64,000 nucleotides of DNA. It comes from Deltaproteobacteria bacterium HGW-Deltaproteobacteria-14. GTDB taxonomy: Bacteria > Myxococcota_A > UBA9042 > PHBI01. Numbering within the stretch: the first letter of the stretch is position 1; each line of letters opens with the position of its first letter. The notes under the pieces are model-generated. The model was not told the DNA's origin, did no database searches, and saw nothing but the letters and a program-made list of their open reading frames with translations. Where the stretch lies: assembly GCA_002841945.1 (NCBI GenBank), contig PHBI01000014.1:5606-69605 (forward strand), written 5' to 3'. Both the position numbers and the translations under genes were made by a program. Of this stretch, positions 60,009-64,000 are shown in pieces.

Positions 60009-61109
60009 TCAGGGCTTGCGGGTCGCGACCTGGAGGCAGGAGCCGGCGTCCTTGGTGTAGCCCACGCGGAACGGCAGCTTCTTGGTGCCCTTGGCCGCCT
60101 TGTAGGCGGTCACCAGCTCGCGCTGCACGCCCTCGGTCCACAGGTGGTAGGCGCGGTCGAACTTGCCGTAGAGGGTGACGTCGAAGGCCTTGTTCAGGTC
60201 CTTGTAGTCGAGGCCGGTCTCGTCCTGGACGACGCTCGGCGCGTGGCCGATCAGGGCGTCGCGGACCACCGAGAAGAACGGCTTCTGCATGAGGTGCGAG
60301 GCGGCCTTCGTGAAGGTGCGGTGGCTCGACGCGCGGGTGAGCCAGGTGCGGGCGTTGTCGTGCTGCTTGAGGTAGTCGTCGGACAGGTCGAGGTGGACGT
60401 AGTCGAGGGTGACCTTCTTGCCGTCGGGGCGGGTGAGCGCGAGGCGCACCGAGTCCCAGGTGGCGACCTCGTCGGCGGGGCCGGGGTGCGGCTCGAGGGA
60501 CTTGCCGTCGGCGCTGATGCGCACCGCGGTGACCGAGTCGACGGTGAAGCCCATGCGCGCGGCGAAGGCCATCAGGACCGGGGTGATGCCCTCGATGGTG
60601 CGCTCGCGCCCGGTGTCGGCCTTGAGGTCGTCGGTGCGGAAGTAGCCGCGCCGGGTGAAGTCGGTGAAGCCGCGCTTGAAGAGGTCGAGGTAGAGGCGCA
60701 GGTGCTTGGGGTTCATCGCGTCGAGGCGCGGGACGCGGCCGCCGGTCTGGAGCGCCACGAGGATGTAGCGTCCGGCGTCGGGGTAGAGCTGCGCGACCGT
60801 CGGGAAGTCGGGGCCGGAGAAGGGGTAGAAGACGGTCTCCCCCGGGGTCTGCGCGAGCTCCGCGTGGGCCCAGTCGATCATCGGCGTGGCGATGCGCTTC
60901 CAGTAGCTCGCCCACTTGGGCTCGACGGCCTTCGCGTACGTCGCGACCTGTTTGAGGTCGGCGGCGTCGGCCGCGAAGCCCTCGCTGGCCATCCCGGCCA
61001 GGTAGTGGGCCGTCTGGTCGGGGGTGTGGGCTGTCGCCGTGGCCGGCAGGGCGAGCGCCGAGCCGAGGGCGAGGGTCATGAGCAGGGTGGTGGTGCGGGC
61101 TGCGAGCAT
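60009..61109 (-). CDS. Secreted hypothetical protein (FYPFSGPDF motif)
   Basis: GGAGGA RBS, signal peptide ending ATA, globular alpha/beta pattern. Confidence 0.8.
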   Translation of the reverse strand: MLAARTTTLLMTLALGSALALPATATAHTPDQTAHYLAGMASEGFAADAADLKQVATYAKAVEPKWASYWKRIATPMIDWAHAELAQTPGETVFYPFSGPDFPTVAQLYPDAGRYILVALQTGGRVPRLDAMNPKHLRLYLDLFKRGFTDFTRRGYFRTDDLKADTGRERTIEGITPVLMAFAARMGFTVDSVTAVRISADGKSLEPHPGPADEVATWDSVRLALTRPDGKKVTLDYVHLDLSDDYLKQHDNARTWLTRASSHRTFTKAASHLMQKPFFSVVRDALIGHAPSVVQDETGLDYKDLNKAFDVTLYGKFDRAYHLWTEGVQRELVTAYKAAKGTKKLPFRVGYTKDAGSCLQVATRKP

Positions 61110-61576
61110 GTCTTCCTCCGGAATCGTACCCTGAACGCGGCCGCCCCCGTCCTTAGTCCGAGACCGGGCGCGCCGCGCAGGGCTGCCGCCGCGGGGGCGT
61201 GGGCGCCGCCGCGCCGGGGTCGATACGGCGCTTCTTCTCACACGAGCCCGTCAAAAGCGCAAAGCTTCCGATGCGCGCCACCACCCGGGGACGAGAGCCA
61301 CCCGCTCAGTGCCGCCGGAGGGATCGCGACAGAGCGCGACGGCGCCGGGCACGGCGCGCCAGAAATGCCAAAAACCGCAAGAAATGCAGCGCCGCGTCGC
61401 CTCGCTTCGAGGGCTGGCATGATGCGTGGCAACAAGCAGAACGAAGACGAGAGAGCACCGTTCACTGCCCCTGGCGCGTTACTGTCTACTGCGCCGCACC
61501 TTGACGATTTTCGATGTTCCTGTGAACACTTAAGCCAAGCGTCCCTCCTGGCGCTTTTTCCTGAGCGAACCAACAA

Positions 61577-64000
61577 TTGCCAACGCGCGCGCCCACCGGA
61601 CGGTACGGCGGTGGCGGACCCGGCAGGCGCATTGCGCTGTTGCAGGTGTTCGCTGCGGTCGCGCTGTTCTCCTGCGAACCCGCACCGACGACCTCCGGTC
61701 CCGCCGAAGGGCGCCTCGAGGTGCGGGCGGTGCCGCTGTCGCTGGGGCCGGTGAGCGAGGTCGTCTACCAGGTCACCGTCGTCGGCGCCGGCGGGCAGAC
61801 GGTGTGGACGCGCGAGGTCGCGTCGACCCAGTTCGGCGACGGCGCGGGCGCGATCAGCTACGTCGGCACCTGCGATCCAGCGGCCAACCCGAACCAGGTG
61901 GAGCTGTCCATCGTCAGCATGTCTGACCCCAACGGCCCGGTCGCCTTCGCGAACCCGGCGCCGGCCAACGACCCGCTCGTCCAGCTCGTCGACTGCCAGG
62001 AGCAGCAGGACGTCAGCGTCACCTTCGAGTTCACCGCTGCGGTCGCCGCCGATACGGGCTTCTTCGACATCGCCATCAGCTTCGACGACATCTTCTGCTC
62101 GGCGAAGTTCGACTGCCTGACCGAGCAGGATGCGCCGCTCGAGCTGCTCTTCAACCCGCTCACCGGCAAGCGCGAGAGGACCGCGGTGATGGGCTTCGCC
62201 TGCACCGCCGGGCCGGGGCAGGACACCTATCTGTGGATGGACCCGGTCGAGATCCTGTGCTCGGGCGGCGGGCCCTTCGACGTCAACACCGCGGGCGGTC
62301 CCGGCAACCTCAACCCGCCTTTCCCCGGCCCGCTCCCCGACACCGAGCGCCTCTTGTTCCAGGCGGCCGTCTACCGCGGCGTCGAGCTCCTCGACGCCAC
62401 GACCTCGTGGAACAAGGCCTACTGGAACGTCGCCATCGGCCTCAACAGCGACGCCTTCGAGCAGCTCGACACCTGTATCCTCCACGGGCTCGCCTCGGCG
62501 TCGAACGGCGACTTCAACATCGGCCAGACCCCGCCTAACGTCCGCTGGCCGGCCGTGCAGTGGGCCGTCCCCCTCATCGAGGGCGGCGCCTACACCTGCG
62601 GCCGTTACCAGCTCGACGCCGGTGACGAGGTCAAGACGATCTACACCGACTCCGACGGGCACCGCTTCTACGCCAGCTACCGCGCGGAGACCCAGGAGCT
62701 CGAGATCCAGGTCGGCACGCCCGATCACACGACCGTCGTGGTCTGCGCCGACGACACGCTGCTGCCGGGCGAGCAGACCCTGTGCGTCATCACGCCGCGC
62801 CAGGACGGCCTCCTCGTCCCGGTCGAGTACCAGGACTTCGACGGCCTGAGCGCCAGCGCCGGCACCGTCAGCGGGGTCAGCCCGCAGGAGCTGACCACCT
62901 CGTTCACCTTCACGTTCACGGCGCCGGCGACCTCTCAGGTCGTGACCATCGACACCGGCGTCGGCGCGACGACCACGGTCACCGTCCTCGGCGTGCCGGA
63001 CAACTCGTCCACGCTCAGCTGCGCCGACACCTTCCTGCTGAGCGGCGCGTCGACCCTCTGCACCATCACCCCCCTGCGCGAAGGCGCCCCGGTGGTCGCG
63101 CTCGCGTCGAACTTCAACCCCAGCGCGAGCCCGGACGGCACCGTCGGCCCCATCCAGCAGCCCTACGGCACGGCCCTGACCTTCACGTACACGGCCGGCG
63201 CGACGACCGGCGCGATGACCATCAGCGACGGCGCGGCGGCCACGACCGACCTGACGGTCTACGCGACGCCCGACGCGACCTCGACCGTGAGCTGCGCTGA
63301 CGACCGCCTGCTCCCCGGCCACTCGACGCTCTGCACCGTCATCCCGCGGGCGAACGGCGTCCAGATCCTCGCCGTCCGCGACGACTTCACCGTCAGCGTC
63401 ACCCCGGACGGCGGCGTGACGGCGTTGAGCCCGGCGGTCGGCACGTCGTTCACCTTCACCTTCACGGCGCCGGGCGTCGTCGGCGTCAAGACCATCGACG
63501 TCGGCTTCGGGACCGCCCCGAGCCAGACCACCGTCGAGGTCTACTCCGACACCCCGATCGACGAGCTCGATCCCCCGTGGAAGCCGGTCATCATCGACGC
63601 CGGCGGCCAGGATCGGCAGATCTGGCTGACCTGGCTCCCCCCGAGCGACAACGGCGGCTCGCCGAACCTCGTCTACACCGTCGTCTGCACCGCGGTCGAC
63701 GGCAACGGCCCCGACGGGACGGTCGTGACGCCGAACCTCGAGGCCACCGTGCTGTGGCTCGAGAACGGCAAGGAGTACACCTGCGTCGTCTACGCCTCGA
63801 ACGAGGTCGGCACCGGCCCGCCGAGCGAGCCGACGGGCGTGCTCATCCCCAACGCGGTGCCCCTCGAGCCCGGGACCGTCGTCGCGGCCCCGCTGACGGT
63901 CTATCGCGCGCAGACCTTCGACGGGACCAACGACGGCTCGACCAGCGTCATCGCTGGCGCCCCGGCCGCCTTCCTCGGCGACGGCTTCGTCTCGCCCTTC
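61577..64000 (+). CDS. Large lipoprotein (partial): N-domain shared with the 16957 gene, three ~90-aa Ig-like repeats, FN3 domain
   Basis: Manual translation, open from TTG 61577 (in-frame TGA at 61562) to the window end. ALFSC lipobox-like; FGDGAGAISYVGTCD, GFFDIAISFDDIFCSAKFDC; FN3 motif WLPPSDNGGS..NGKEYTCVVYASNEVG. Confidence 0.85.
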   Translation, partial: MPTRAPTGRYGGGGPGRRIALLQVFAAVALFSCEPAPTTSGPAEGRLEVRAVPLSLGPVSEVVYQVTVVGAGGQTVWTREVASTQFGDGAGAISYVGTCDPAANPNQVELSIVSMSDPNGPVAFANPAPANDPLVQLVDCQEQQDVSVTFEFTAAVAADTGFFDIAISFDDIFCSAKFDCLTEQDAPLELLFNPLTGKRERTAVMGFACTAGPGQDTYLWMDPVEILCSGGGPFDVNTAGGPGNLNPPFPGPLPDTERLLFQAAVYRGVELLDATTSWNKAYWNVAIGLNSDAFEQLDTCILHGLASASNGDFNIGQTPPNVRWPAVQWAVPLIEGGAYTCGRYQLDAGDEVKTIYTDSDGHRFYASYRAETQELEIQVGTPDHTTVVVCADDTLLPGEQTLCVITPRQDGLLVPVEYQDFDGLSASAGTVSGVSPQELTTSFTFTFTAPATSQVVTIDTGVGATTTVTVLGVPDNSSTLSCADTFLLSGASTLCTITPLREGAPVVALASNFNPSASPDGTVGPIQQPYGTALTFTYTAGATTGAMTISDGAAATTDLTVYATPDATSTVSCADDRLLPGHSTLCTVIPRANGVQILAVRDDFTVSVTPDGGVTALSPAVGTSFTFTFTAPGVVGVKTIDVGFGTAPSQTTVEVYSDTPIDELDPPWKPVIIDAGGQDRQIWLTWLPPSDNGGSPNLVYTVVCTAVDGNGPDGTVVTPNLEATVLWLENGKEYTCVVYASNEVGTGPPSEPTGVLIPNAVPLEPGTVVAAPLTVYRAQTFDGTNDGSTSVIAGAPAAFLGDGFVSPF

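Noticed and set aside
61240-61576. Lower-GC intergenic stretch as possible ncRNA or riboswitch (also 57000-57400)
   Set aside because: No recognisable riboswitch, tRNA or sRNA structure by eye; more likely divergent promoter DNA. An Infernal/Rfam scan would settle it.

Overview
A 64-kb, very GC-rich bacterial chromosomal segment, most consistent with a Myxococcota / deltaproteobacterial lineage (MYXO-CTERM-like tails, many Cys-rich lipoproteins, a kinase-fold/PEGA protein, sigma54 promoters). About 43 genes are supported. Housekeeping and metabolic genes (acs, mscL, gcvR-like, hemH, korAB, an orphan Zn-free rpsN, a Ski2-like helicase, an HtrA-like protease, prolyl oligopeptidase, a GMC oxidase, a HAD-IG nucleotidase) are interleaved with a dense set of secreted or lipid-anchored modular proteins. 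Two real genes run off the window edges (1..2259 minus, 61577..64000 plus) and are absent from the ORF track. Most long ORFs in the track are antisense or off-frame shadows of real genes. No rRNA, tRNA, CRISPR array or transposase was recognised. Best leads: (i) a surface locus at 31862-38851: a consensus sigma54 promoter, a ~35-residue peptide on a MYXO-CTERM-like anchor, a YfaP-domain lipoprotein with a zinc-site-less metalloprotease fold, and a lipoprotein with 22 Notch/LNR-like repeats in ABC triplets; (ii) Asp-Thr-rich post-lipobox stalks in seven lipoproteins that resemble O-glycosylation sequon arrays; (iii) unassigned repeat or platform domain families; (iv) a dispersed AT-rich REP-like DNA repeat. 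All family assignments come from motif recognition by eye; no database search was run.
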